Positions 9,122 through 19,197 of a DNA stretch of 64,000 nt are shown piece by piece (position 1 is the first letter of the stretch; every line of letters starts with the position of its first letter). The notes under the pieces were generated by a model. That model was given only the letters and a program-made list of their open reading frames with translations. It did no database searches and was not told the DNA's origin. A program made the translations under genes and the position numbers. This DNA is from an uncultured Actinomycetes bacterium (GTDB taxonomy: Bacteria; Actinomycetota; Actinomycetes; S36-B12; UBA5976), in contig CAITJH010000044.1 in NCBI GenBank assembly GCA_903892635.1, forward strand, positions 2,108 to 66,107. Direction: 5' to 3'.

Positions 9122-9934
9122 TTAGTACCAACCGTGCGCGTATGAATGATCCAACGCCTGACACGGAGTGTTATAGCGACCTTCAATGTACGAAGCGCCC
9201 CACTTGATTTGAGTGACAGGATTCGTCGCCCAATCGGATGCAACAGAAGCCATCTTGCGTCCTGGCAATGCTTGCGCAATTCCATAAGCGCCGGATGAAC
9301 GGTTACGAGCTAAGTGTCGCCAGTGACTCTCGCGATCCCACAATGTCGACAAGCAAACGAATTGATCGTGTCCCCAGCCGTAAGTGGTTTGAATGTAAAG
9401 TTCAGCAAAATTTTTATTTCCAGCTGGATCGCCAGTTCCTTGCGCAGCGCTTGCAAGTTGGACTGCAACGCTCTTCGGGTCGCCACTTCCTTGAATCACG
9501 ACCGAAGGCTTTGGCTGTGTGATTACTTCGTGAGAGACCTCTGAACGTGACACTTCTTTGCCATTCACATAAGTCACCTTGTAAGTGACCTTCTGGCTCC
9601 CCGGCGATCCCGGATCCATGACGAATTCGGTACCTTGCGCAATGTCTGCATCCAAAGTTGTCGTTTTCGATGGTGCGATGTCTTCAGTCACAGTCACATT
9701 TGCTGTTGTCACGTCTTCTGGACGTGCGCTTGCCTCTGTAGTTTGAGTGGTAGCAAGAGACGTTGGATTCACATAGGCCGCTGAAATTGTGTCCGCGTTA
9801 GCCGCATGAGGACGCACCACAAAACCGGCGATGGCCAGTGCGGTGACCACGCCGTAGGCAACAAGTGCATTCATCGCAAGCGCTTTGGGACGTACGTGAC
9901 GTCCGGGCGCGCGGTGACGACCGTGCTGAGCCAT
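9122..9934 (-). CDS. Membrane-anchored G5-domain protein with a C-terminal lytic-transglycosylase-like domain (RpfB-locus protein)
   Basis: 270 aa with an N-terminal TM helix. The central G5-like segment is GTEFVMDPGSPGSQKVTYKVTYVNGKEVSR. The C-terminus reads LWDRESHWRHLARNRSSGAYGIAQALPG (an ES...AYGIxQ SLT-type motif). A strong SD, GGGGAGGGAC, lies upstream of the ATG. Confidence 0.75.
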   Translation of the reverse strand: MAQHGRHRAPGRHVRPKALAMNALVAYGVVTALAIAGFVVRPHAANADTISAAYVNPTSLATTQTTEASARPEDVTTANVTVTEDIAPSKTTTLDADIAQGTEFVMDPGSPGSQKVTYKVTYVNGKEVSRSEVSHEVITQPKPSVVIQGSGDPKSVAVQLASAAQGTGDPAGNKNFAELYIQTTYGWGHDQFVCLSTLWDRESHWRHLARNRSSGAYGIAQALPGRKMASVASDWATNPVTQIKWGASYIEGRYNTPCQALDHSYAHGWY

Positions 9935-10012
9935 AGTCCCTCCCCGAATTACGGCAAATGCGTTAGTACCAAAATAACCCGTACCTAGGGGGTTCAGACA
10001 AGTTCACATATG

Positions 10013-10837
10013 TCAAAAGGGGCCAAAAACCCTTGCAGCATTTGAAAAAAGTAGTTCACAAATTTCTTGCTCAGATTGCCCTCTGGTCTGGCAAATCTGC
10101 CGAACCGTCATAGGCATCAAAGCACTGGAATTGGGTTGACCCCGATACGGAGTCGGCGTCAGGAATGGCGAATCAGTTTCGACCAAAATCAAGTGGTCAG
10201 GCGCAACCTCGAGAGCGGCTCGAAGATCTTGGGCATTCTTAAAAGTCACTACCCCACTAAAAGACATGTACCAGCCAGCTTCGGCACAAATTTGTGCCAT
10301 TGCAGCATCACCAGAAAAGCAGTGGAATACGACCGTTTCTGGTGAGCCATAAGTCATCAATGTCGAAATGACGTCAGCATGGGCATCGCGATCGTGAATG
10401 ATGAGCGGCTTTCCCAATTCGCGACACATGTCGATGTGAGCCCGAAAAGAGATATGTTGCTTTTCTGCATGATCTTTTTCGGTTCGGAAATAATCTAATC
10501 CGGTCTCCCCTAGGCCACGCACGACATCAAGTTGCGCGAGTTCTCGAATCTGAATGAGTGACTGTTCGAGATTTGTGTCATGTGCAGCCGCATTTGGATG
10601 CAGAGCAACCGTCGCCCATACGTTGGAATGCGTTTGGGCTATCTTGACCGCGCGTCGAGAGCTCTCGACATCACAGCCAACTTGAATCACGTGAGAGACA
10701 CCAACTGAAGCTGCTCGCTGCAGGGCCTCGTCAACGGTTTGCAATTCATGGTCATCATCGAAAGTGATGTCCATGTGGCAATGTGTATCAACAACATTGC
10801 CGGCTAACTTGGGAATTGAATCTATGTGTGGTGCCAC
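10013..10837 (-). CDS. tatD: TatD family metal-dependent hydrolase
   Basis: 274 aa. It has VDTHCHMD at the N-terminus, and the motifs HDRDAH and VETDSPFLTP typical of TatD. Confidence 0.9.
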   Translation of the reverse strand: MAPHIDSIPKLAGNVVDTHCHMDITFDDDHELQTVDEALQRAASVGVSHVIQVGCDVESSRRAVKIAQTHSNVWATVALHPNAAAHDTNLEQSLIQIRELAQLDVVRGLGETGLDYFRTEKDHAEKQHISFRAHIDMCRELGKPLIIHDRDAHADVISTLMTYGSPETVVFHCFSGDAAMAQICAEAGWYMSFSGVVTFKNAQDLRAALEVAPDHLILVETDSPFLTPTPYRGQPNSSALMPMTVRQICQTRGQSEQEICELLFSNAARVFGPF

Positions 10838-10918
10838 TCCTCTACGGTAGTCGCTCTGCGTTAGCCTTGACGAGATCGCGCACGCCGATGTGCACGATAG
10901 GTAAATGGTGGCAGGACG

Positions 10919-12730
10919 ATGAAACGACTTCTTGGGCTTGATGGCCTACGAGGTATCGCAGTGTTAGCTGTCGTTTTTTATCACGCAGACCTTGGCGTTG
11001 TATCTGGTGGATTTCTCGGCGTTGACATGTTCTTCGTGTTGTCAGGATTCCTGATTACTTCTCTTCTGCTCGAAGAGCTATCGCACAATCATTCCATCGA
11101 CCGGGCACAGTTTTATCTGCGCCGCATCCGTCGATTATTTCCCGCCTTGATCGTTGTGCTTGTCACCGCGATAGTTTCTGCTGGCTTGTTTGCTCACGAT
11201 GCCGCCTACGCTGTGCGACGAGATCTTCCGTGGGCTTTAACTTTTGTCTTGAACTGGTCGTACTTGTTTTTCAATCAGTCATACTTTGTTAATTTGTCAC
11301 GCCCACCTCTGCTTCAACATCTGTGGTCGCTATCGATCGAAGAGCAGTTCTATGTTGTGTGGCCATTAGTTCTCATCGGACTTTCACGCCTGAAGCGAGT
11401 GAACCTTCGACTTCTCGTTTTTATTTTTTCAGTAACTGGAGCTGTCGCCTCAACTCTTTGGATGCGTCATCTTGCCATCGTTGATGGCTATCCCATTCCA
11501 AACGATCCGAGTCGCCTCTATTTCGGCACCGACACGCATGCCATGGGCCTATTGATTGGCTGCGCTCTGGCAGCTGCATGGGATCGCACCAAGCTGAACA
11601 CTTATGTAACGCCCGATCGCCGGACACTTCTCAATTCCGTTGGAATTATTTCTGTGGCCAGCCTGGGATATTTCATCTTCCGTATTGCAGAATTTGATCC
11701 TTCGCTTTATCGCGGTGGCTTCTTGATCTTCAGCATCACAATTGCCGCACTCATTGTTGTCGCCGCGCATCCTGCGCTGAGATTTGGTCAAATTTTTGCA
11801 CACCCAATCCTGCGTTGGTTCGGAGATCGTTCGTACGGTATTTATTTGTGGCACTGGATCATATTTATGTTGCTACGCCCATCACTCGATGTGCAATGGC
11901 CAGACTTTGTCACGCATATAGTTCGCTTCGCTTTGGTATTCGTCATTGCAGATTTGTCTTACCGCTACCTTGAACTTCCTGTTCGTTCCGGCGCAATTGG
12001 ACGCACACTAAATTCATGGCGCATATCAGGCATTCCTCGACCAACAAGTTTTGTGTCCATCTCGGCAATCGCAGGCGCTGCAATTCTTCTTGTTGCATCA
12101 GTGAATGTATTTATGGCGCCAATGCCAAGTGCGGCCAACACAGCGGCCTTCGGAGGAATCACTTCGATTGACGAGGATCCAACGCCAGTTGCTATTCCAA
12201 CTGTTACGCCAGTCCCACAATCCACCGAGATTCAACCACCTAAGCCCGCTCCGAGCATCGTGCCAAAGCCGACCGTCGTTTTTGGCGACTCCGTCATGTT
12301 AGGTAGTCGCGAACAACTTCTTGCCGTGTTAGGCAAAGTTGCAATCGATGCTGCAGTTGGTCGACAACCATCTGTCATTGCACAACGAATAAACATTCGG
12401 CGAAGTGAGAACCGACTCGGCGAAGATGTTGTCATTCACATGGGCACGAATGGAATCGTCACTCAACATGACTTAAAGCCAATTCTGGATTCTCTTGCCG
12501 ATCGACGACGCGTGGTTGTTATTAATGTTCAGGTGCCACGGGTCTGGATGGACCCCTCAAACAAAACCATTAATTCTCTTGCTGCGCAGTACCCCAATGT
12601 TCGACTCGTCGATTGGTACCACTCGTCGAAAGGTCACCGCAATTACTTTGTTGCTGACGGCGTCCACCTAACATTCACAGGCGCCACCGTCATGGCAAAT
12701 CTCATTAAGACTGCGCTGAACGAACCTTAA
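10919..12730 (+). CDS. Acyltransferase family 3 (OafA/YrhL-like) O-acetyltransferase with a C-terminal SGNH domain
   Basis: 603 aa. The N-terminal segment is GLDGLRGIAVLAVVFYHA followed by about 10 predicted TM helices. A Pro-rich linker comes next. The C-terminal region (VVFGDSVMLG...HMGTNG) resembles an SGNH hydrolase. Confidence 0.85.
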   Translation: MKRLLGLDGLRGIAVLAVVFYHADLGVVSGGFLGVDMFFVLSGFLITSLLLEELSHNHSIDRAQFYLRRIRRLFPALIVVLVTAIVSAGLFAHDAAYAVRRDLPWALTFVLNWSYLFFNQSYFVNLSRPPLLQHLWSLSIEEQFYVVWPLVLIGLSRLKRVNLRLLVFIFSVTGAVASTLWMRHLAIVDGYPIPNDPSRLYFGTDTHAMGLLIGCALAAAWDRTKLNTYVTPDRRTLLNSVGIISVASLGYFIFRIAEFDPSLYRGGFLIFSITIAALIVVAAHPALRFGQIFAHPILRWFGDRSYGIYLWHWIIFMLLRPSLDVQWPDFVTHIVRFALVFVIADLSYRYLELPVRSGAIGRTLNSWRISGIPRPTSFVSISAIAGAAILLVASVNVFMAPMPSAANTAAFGGITSIDEDPTPVAIPTVTPVPQSTEIQPPKPAPSIVPKPTVVFGDSVMLGSREQLLAVLGKVAIDAAVGRQPSVIAQRINIRRSENRLGEDVVIHMGTNGIVTQHDLKPILDSLADRRRVVVINVQVPRVWMDPSNKTINSLAAQYPNVRLVDWYHSSKGHRNYFVADGVHLTFTGATVMANLIKTALNEP

Positions 12731-14313
12731 ATCGATTCTGGTTCTTCAATTCGAGGGAACATCGACTCGCTCTTGGTAATGGCGACACCAGGCTTTAATT
12801 GTCCCCATGTTGCTACACCCGACATCGTGTACGTCAGACCTGATTCAACTGCACCGATGTGTTCCCATAGTTGGCCCATAGCCTTTGGCATGATGGCTGC
12901 ATACAGAACGCTAATCGCCCGAAGTGAATCACAGATTGTGTAGAGAATCGTGCCAAGACGTTCCGTGTTGGCTTCATCCTTGGCAACAACCCACGGTTCT
13001 TGTTCAGTGACATAAAGATTCACTGCATCGATGAAGTCTTTCACCGCAAGAATTCCGCCTTGGAAATCAAAGTTACGAATTTTCTCATCGGCGATCGCGC
13101 TCACTGAGGCCAAAAGTTCTTGAAGTGAAAGATCTGCAGCTGTGTATTCGCTTGGCGCAGGAAGTAGCCCATCGAAGTACTTACCCACCATGGCTTGCGA
13201 TCGACTAGCAAGATTTCCTAAACCATTGGCGAGTTCAGATGTGTAGCGCGCTACAAGGTCCTCCCATGAGAACGACCCGTCTTGACCAAAGATGATTGCA
13301 CGCATGAAGTAGTAACGGAAGGCGTCAGATCCAACCAGATTGACAATGCTGTCCGCTGAAATTCCAGTGAGCTTGCTCTTGCTCATCTTTTCGCCACCAA
13401 CAAGCAACCATCCATGCGCGAATACGCATCCTGGAAGTGGCAAGTTTGCGGCCATTAACATCGCAGGCCAAATGACTGCATGGAATCGCAGGATGTCCTT
13501 ACCAACAACGTGAACGTCTGCTGGCCAAGTGTGGGCAAATTTCTTGCCACCCTCTGAACTTGGATCATCACCAAGTCCAACGGCAGTTGCATAGTTGAGC
13601 AACGCATCAAACCACACATAAACAACTTGGGAAGGATCCCAAGGCACTTCAATACCCCAGTCGAAAGTCGAGCGCGAGATCGACAAATCTTGCAAACCTG
13701 AACGCAAGAACGACATAACTTCGTTGTAAGCAGATTCAGGTCGAATTGCCTGTGGGTTTGCTTCGTAATGTGCAATTAGTTTGTCTGTGAATTGCGACAA
13801 GACAAAGAACCAATTTGTTTCACTCACAGTTTCAACTGGCTTCGAGTGAATTGGGCACAACTGTTCGCCAGCATCATTGGTAATGAGGTCGCCCGCTAAT
13901 TTAAATTCTTCACATCCAACGCAATATGGGCCTTCGTAGGCACCCTCGACGATGAACCCTTGATCTTTTAGTTGCGTCAAGAATCGCTGCACACGTTCCA
14001 TGTGGCGCGGCTGTGTGGTGCGAATGAAATCGTCATTAGCAGCATCGATAGTTTCAAGAACTGGGATCCATGCATCGGCTACAAGTTTGTCGGCCCACTC
14101 TTGAGGTGACAAGCCATTTGCTTCGGCCGAGCGCAGAACTTTTTGACCATGTTCATCGGTGCCCGTTAGGAACCACACGTCTTCGCCAGCCATTCGATGC
14201 CAGCGAGTCATAACATCTCCAGCAACCGTCGTGTAGGCGTGCCCAATGTGAGGCGCGTCATTGACGTAATAAATCGGCGTCGTTAAATAAAACGCTTTTG
14301 CTGGATCAGTCAT
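12727..14313 (-). CDS. metG: Methionine--tRNA ligase
   Basis: 528 aa. It has the HIGH motif (PHIGHAYT), the KMSKS motif, and the zinc-knuckle region CVGCEEF. Confidence 0.95.
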   Translation of the reverse strand: MTDPAKAFYLTTPIYYVNDAPHIGHAYTTVAGDVMTRWHRMAGEDVWFLTGTDEHGQKVLRSAEANGLSPQEWADKLVADAWIPVLETIDAANDDFIRTTQPRHMERVQRFLTQLKDQGFIVEGAYEGPYCVGCEEFKLAGDLITNDAGEQLCPIHSKPVETVSETNWFFVLSQFTDKLIAHYEANPQAIRPESAYNEVMSFLRSGLQDLSISRSTFDWGIEVPWDPSQVVYVWFDALLNYATAVGLGDDPSSEGGKKFAHTWPADVHVVGKDILRFHAVIWPAMLMAANLPLPGCVFAHGWLLVGGEKMSKSKLTGISADSIVNLVGSDAFRYYFMRAIIFGQDGSFSWEDLVARYTSELANGLGNLASRSQAMVGKYFDGLLPAPSEYTAADLSLQELLASVSAIADEKIRNFDFQGGILAVKDFIDAVNLYVTEQEPWVVAKDEANTERLGTILYTICDSLRAISVLYAAIMPKAMGQLWEHIGAVESGLTYTMSGVATWGQLKPGVAITKSESMFPRIEEPESI

Positions 14314-14343
14314 GTCTCAATTCTAGAGGCATGATGACGGTCA

Positions 14344-15201
14344 CTATTTCTTAAGTTGATCGCGGGCCTCAATGACTGCGTCATAGACCTCGCGTTTTGG
14401 GACATGAAGTTCTTGGGCGATGTCAGCGATCGCATCCCGCTGGGATACGCCGAGAGCTACACGCTGTGCAACTGCCTGAATCCAGTCCTGCTTTGATGTC
14501 GCCTCTTGCTGATTGGCGCCTGCCACAACAATGCAAATTTCACCAAGAATTTCGTGATCAGACCACGCAACTAATTCAGACAAGGTTCCACGAATTACTT
14601 CTTCATAAGTTTTTGTTAGTTCTCGGCACACCACTACTTCTCGGTCAGATCCGAGGACGGTTTGCATGTCTGCCAAGGTATCTTTCAATCGATGGGGCGC
14701 TTCGAAAAAGACCATTGTTCGTGGTTCGCGAGCAAGTTCTTGTAACTGAGATTGGCGTTCTCCCGACTTTCGCCCTAAAAACCCTTCGAAGGTGAATCGA
14801 TCAACCGGTAATCCACTAATGGCTAACGCCGTCAATACGGCTGAAGGCCCTGGGATAACGGATACTCGAACGCCGTGTTCTATTGCTTCGCGAACAATTC
14901 GATAGCCAGGATCTGACACTGAAGGCATTCCGGCATCACTAATAACAACAATCGTTTCTCCTTGACTCGCCCGCTTCACTAGATCAACGGACTTGCCGGC
15001 CTCAACGGCGTCATAAAAGGATGTCAATGACCCCTCGGCTCGAATTCCTAATTCGCGAAATAAACGAACTGCACGGCGCGAATCTTCAGCAGCAACCACA
15101 TCGGCATTTTGCAAAACTTCGACAAGACGTGGCGAAGCATCCCCAATATTTCCAATTGGTGTCGCCGCTAGGTAGATGATGCCGCTCACAAAGACAATCA
15201 T
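14344..15201 (-). CDS. rsmI: 16S rRNA (cytidine1402-2'-O)-methyltransferase
   Basis: 285 aa. It carries YLAATPIGNIGDASPRLVEVLQNADVVAAEDSR and ISDAGMPSVSDPG. It is divergent from pmt, as in other actinobacteria. Confidence 0.9.
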   Translation of the reverse strand: MIVFVSGIIYLAATPIGNIGDASPRLVEVLQNADVVAAEDSRRAVRLFRELGIRAEGSLTSFYDAVEAGKSVDLVKRASQGETIVVISDAGMPSVSDPGYRIVREAIEHGVRVSVIPGPSAVLTALAISGLPVDRFTFEGFLGRKSGERQSQLQELAREPRTMVFFEAPHRLKDTLADMQTVLGSDREVVVCRELTKTYEEVIRGTLSELVAWSDHEILGEICIVVAGANQQEATSKQDWIQAVAQRVALGVSQRDAIADIAQELHVPKREVYDAVIEARDQLKK

Positions 15202-15229
15202 GGCGCATGAGTGCCTGTACCGTTAATCC

Positions 15230-16705
15230 GTGACCCAGATTGACGAAGTCTCCAGCGAATCAGCTGCAACGGAGAATGACTTATTTATTCAATCCCCACC
15301 TCGTGGAGGATTGGCTGGTTGGATCGGCCCACTTGCCGCAACAGTGCTCGGCGCCATTCTGCGTCTACCTCATCTTGGTTCACCACACGCATTGGTCTTC
15401 GATGAAACGTATTACGCAAAAGATGCATTATCTCTGCTCAAGTTTGGTTACGAACGACAAACAATCGAAGGCGCAGATGCGAAGTTGCTGTCAGGTAATC
15501 TCGATATCTTCAAGCCCAGTGCTGAATATGTTGTCCATCCACCGCTTGGAAAATGGATCATAGCTTTTGGCGAACATTTGTTTGGAGCAAATCCGTTCGG
15601 CTGGCGCATCATGGTTGCCATGCTGGGCATCGCCAGCATCTTGATTACGGCTCGAGTAGCACGACGATTAACACACTCAAATGTTGTTGGTACTACAGCA
15701 GGGATGTTGTTGGCTCTCGACGGATTGCACATCGCCATGAGTAGAACCGCGCTGCTCGATACACCCTTGAGCTTCTTTGTTATAAGTGCATTTGCTTGCT
15801 TGATTATTGATCGTGATCACATGGCACAACGCGGCAGTGACGACAAATCCATTCGCTGGCCACGAATAGCGATGGCGATTCTGCTGGGATGTGCCGTTGC
15901 AACCAAGTGGAGTGGGCTGTACTTTGCTGGCGCATTTGTTGCCTTGATGTTGTACTGGGATTGGCAAGCGCGACACAAGAGCAATGACGAGCGTGCAACG
16001 ACGAGATGGATTGTTCGCGATTTACTTCGAGCACTTTTTGTACCAATCGCCATGCTCGCGATTTACTTAGCATCGTGGATTGGGTGGTTTCGCACTGACG
16101 GTGGTTGGAACCGCGAATGGGCAAGCAAATCGCACTTGCCACAAGCCCTCGCAGCGCTTCTGCACTACCACCACGATATGTATGAATTTCATACGCACTT
16201 GACGACTCCGCACAATTACAAAGCGAATCCTCTTGGGTGGCCACTCATGCTGCGACCAACGAGCTTTTTTTACGAGACCGCACCAACCTGCGGTGGCACA
16301 AGTTGTTCACAAGAAGTCATTCCTCTTGGAAACCCTTTGATCTGGTGGGGCGGCGTGCTTGCGTTACTTTTCATGATCACTCTGATTGTGCGACGACGTC
16401 ATCCAGCCGCATTACCAATCGTTGTTGGCTTCCTTGCTGGATGGACACCTTGGCTGCTTTACATTCATCGAACGACATTCACTTTTTATAGCGTGGTATT
16501 CATTCCATACACCGTTATCGCTTGCGCACTTGCGCTGCATATCCTCACGCATAGGCGAGTGAATGATGATTCGTGGAACTGGCAAACGATCGTCGTTCTC
16601 GCAGTGGTCGCGCTATTAACGGCCTTCTTCTATCCAGTGCTTGTTGGGCAATCCCTGACGTATCACATGTGGGAATTGCGCATGTGGCTTCCGAGTTGGA
16701 TCTAG
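15230..16705 (+). CDS. pmt: Dolichyl/polyprenyl-phosphate-mannose protein O-mannosyltransferase
   Basis: 491-aa polytopic membrane protein. The loop motif FDETYYAKDA carries the DE of GT39/PMT enzymes. It occupies the conserved rsmI-divergent position. Confidence 0.85.
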   Translation: MTQIDEVSSESAATENDLFIQSPPRGGLAGWIGPLAATVLGAILRLPHLGSPHALVFDETYYAKDALSLLKFGYERQTIEGADAKLLSGNLDIFKPSAEYVVHPPLGKWIIAFGEHLFGANPFGWRIMVAMLGIASILITARVARRLTHSNVVGTTAGMLLALDGLHIAMSRTALLDTPLSFFVISAFACLIIDRDHMAQRGSDDKSIRWPRIAMAILLGCAVATKWSGLYFAGAFVALMLYWDWQARHKSNDERATTRWIVRDLLRALFVPIAMLAIYLASWIGWFRTDGGWNREWASKSHLPQALAALLHYHHDMYEFHTHLTTPHNYKANPLGWPLMLRPTSFFYETAPTCGGTSCSQEVIPLGNPLIWWGGVLALLFMITLIVRRRHPAALPIVVGFLAGWTPWLLYIHRTTFTFYSVVFIPYTVIACALALHILTHRRVNDDSWNWQTIVVLAVVALLTAFFYPVLVGQSLTYHMWELRMWLPSWI

Positions 16706-18891
16706 CTATCGCTAATTGCGAATCGTCGTAGTCGCAAACTATTAGTCACTACGAAGACACTTGAAAAGGCCATGGCACCTGCAGCAATGATTGGGCCAAG
16801 TCGTCCAGACATGGCTAACGGAATGGCCGCTGCGTTGTAAACGAATGCCCACACCAGATTGAACTTGATCGTACGCATCGTTGCTCGAGAAAGTTCGAGG
16901 GCTTCGACCACTGCATTCATTGAAGAACGCAGCACAACAATGTCTGCTGCGCTTGCAGCAACATCCGTTCCCGAACCCATGGCAATACTCAGATGAGCTT
17001 TCGCAAGAGCCGCTGCATCATTCACTCCGTCACCGACCATGGCAACTACGTGACCGGCCTGTTGAGCATCGACAACTTTCTCAAGCTTGCCCTGTGGACT
17101 CGTGCCTGCGAAATACGTTGTGATCGCTAACTGTTCGGCCACATACTTAACCGCCGAATCATGGTCTCCAGAGATTACGACTGGTTCAATACCGAGTTCT
17201 TTCACGCGGGCAATCGCTTGGCGACTAGATGGTTCGAGTTCGTCAGAGAGTGCAATTACTGCAACTGCATAAGCATCCCGATACACCACGACAATCGTGT
17301 CCCCGTGACTTGCGCGTTCATCCGCATGATCCTTCAACACACCAGCCGGGATTCCCAACCATTCAGAAGAACCAATCGCACAAGGGTGACCGGAGACTTT
17401 TCCTTGAACGCCCGAACCGGTAACTGTGATGACGTGCGTTGCTTCAACTTTCGATATACCCAGTGATTGCGCATGGTCTACCAATGACCGAGCAATTGGA
17501 TGCTCTACCGAAACCTCAAGAGCGCGAACGATTGTCCATAACTCAGCAGTATCAATTGTGGTTTTAACACTGGCTACAGACATGTGGCCGTTGGTTAACG
17601 TGCCAGTTTTGTCAATGAGAATTGTGTCGACGTGTTCGCTTGCTTCCAGAGCACGTGCTCCGCGAATCAGGATTCCCAATTGCGCTCCGCGACCAGTACC
17701 TACCAATACTGCTGTTGGAGTCGCAAGTCCAAGTGCACATGGACACGCAATGACGAGCACCGAGATGCCAGTTGTCAGTGCCAACTGGAGATCGTGTGAA
17801 TGAATAAACCATCCAATGGTTGTCAGAAACGCAAGGGTGATGACAACAGGAACAAATACAGCGGACACGCGATCGACAAGTCGAGTGACTTTGGCCTTAC
17901 TCCCTTGAGCTTGATGAACAAGCCGCGAAATGCCCGATAGAACGCTATCGGCTTGTACTGCAGTTGCTCGCACAGTTAAAACGCCATCAACCAACAACGT
18001 TGCACCGATAACGCGATCACCAATGGAAACTTGTTCAGGAGTTGCTTCACCCGTTACTAGCGCCTTATCAACGTGTCCTGCTCCTGCAATCACTTCGCCA
18101 TCTACCGGAATTTGTGTGCCACTAGAGACGAAAACGTCATCACCCACTTGAACATTTTCAATCGGAGTTACAACATGAACTCCATCGCGAATTACTGTCG
18201 CCGTTGCAGGATTCAATTCAGCCAACTGAGTCAGCGCTGCAAGCGACTGCTCTTTCGCACGTGATTCGAGATACTTTCCTAACAGCACGAGTGTTGTCAC
18301 TGATGCAGCTACTTCAAAGTAGAGATCAGGATGGTTTGCAGTCGCGCGTGGAATCCAAGACATCGGCATCGACATTCCCAGCTTGCCACTGTCTGTGAAG
18401 AGCAACGCCCAGAGTGACCAACCATAGGCAACTGTCACGCCCATGCTGACAAGGGTGTCCATCGTCATTTGGCGATGACGTGCGTTGATCCACGTTGCTC
18501 GATGAAATGGCCACGCACCCCAAATGGCTACGGGTGTAGCAAGTGCAGCGCTAATCCACTGCCAGCCGCGGAACTGAGCCGGCTCGTACATTGCCAAGAA
18601 CATCAGAGCGATCGTGAGGACAGAAGAAATACTCAAACGTCGAACCAGTTGATGATGGTCTTCACTATGTATTTCGGAAGTTCCAATTTCAGCGGTATAG
18701 CCCGTTTTTTCTACAGCGGCTATCAGCTGTTCGGCATCAATGGAATTTTCTGCATGTACCAACGCGACACCGGTTGCATAGTTAACGCTGGCAGAAATCC
18801 CATCGATCTTTTCAAGCGCTCGTTGGACACGATTCGAGCACGAAGCGCAAGTCATACCTCCGACACTGAGTTCGATCTCGTGAGCAGCCAC
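16702..18891 (-). CDS. copA: Copper-translocating P1B-type ATPase
   Basis: 729 aa. It has an N-terminal HMA motif GMTCASC, the TM CPC motif (ACPCALGLATP), the phosphorylation site DKTGTLT, and the hinge GDGVNDAAAL. Confidence 0.9.
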   Translation of the reverse strand: MAAHEIELSVGGMTCASCSNRVQRALEKIDGISASVNYATGVALVHAENSIDAEQLIAAVEKTGYTAEIGTSEIHSEDHHQLVRRLSISSVLTIALMFLAMYEPAQFRGWQWISAALATPVAIWGAWPFHRATWINARHRQMTMDTLVSMGVTVAYGWSLWALLFTDSGKLGMSMPMSWIPRATANHPDLYFEVAASVTTLVLLGKYLESRAKEQSLAALTQLAELNPATATVIRDGVHVVTPIENVQVGDDVFVSSGTQIPVDGEVIAGAGHVDKALVTGEATPEQVSIGDRVIGATLLVDGVLTVRATAVQADSVLSGISRLVHQAQGSKAKVTRLVDRVSAVFVPVVITLAFLTTIGWFIHSHDLQLALTTGISVLVIACPCALGLATPTAVLVGTGRGAQLGILIRGARALEASEHVDTILIDKTGTLTNGHMSVASVKTTIDTAELWTIVRALEVSVEHPIARSLVDHAQSLGISKVEATHVITVTGSGVQGKVSGHPCAIGSSEWLGIPAGVLKDHADERASHGDTIVVVYRDAYAVAVIALSDELEPSSRQAIARVKELGIEPVVISGDHDSAVKYVAEQLAITTYFAGTSPQGKLEKVVDAQQAGHVVAMVGDGVNDAAALAKAHLSIAMGSGTDVAASAADIVVLRSSMNAVVEALELSRATMRTIKFNLVWAFVYNAAAIPLAMSGRLGPIIAAGAMAFSSVFVVTNSLRLRRFAISDS

Positions 18892-19109
18892 TAGTGATTC
18901 ACTAACTCGTACCCGGCTTCTTCAACGGCACTTTCGACAAGTGAAAGTTCTAATGCGGCAGTTGAGTCAACATCTGCATTGCCGGATTCAAGATTGACCG
19001 TGACGGAAACAACTGAGGGAAGTGCCATCAGTTCACTCGTTACGGCGCGAACACAATGATCACACGTCATACCTGCAATGGCATAAGTAGTAATCATTAT
19101 GGAACTCAT
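18891..19109 (-). CDS. copZ: Heavy-metal-associated domain copper chaperone
   Basis: 72 aa with GMTCDHC. Its stop overlaps the copA GTG start (TAGTG). The true start may be the internal ATG four codons in. Confidence 0.85.
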   Translation of the reverse strand: MSSIMITTYAIAGMTCDHCVRAVTSELMALPSVVSVTVNLESGNADVDSTAALELSLVESAVEEAGYELVNH

Positions 19110-19197
19110 ATCTGTGAGAACAGTTAACGTCTTAACACTATTCCCAGTTAAGGATCATGGAAAGAGAAACGGTATCCGTCAGGTACGTGAAAGGTGG

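Noticed and set aside
9935-10012. Possible ydaO-type c-di-AMP riboswitch upstream of the Rpf-locus gene, as reported for some actinobacterial rpf genes.
   Set aside because: The spacer is only 78 nt and ends in a strong SD directly before the ATG. That is too short for the ~140-nt motif, and I saw no matching conserved segments.
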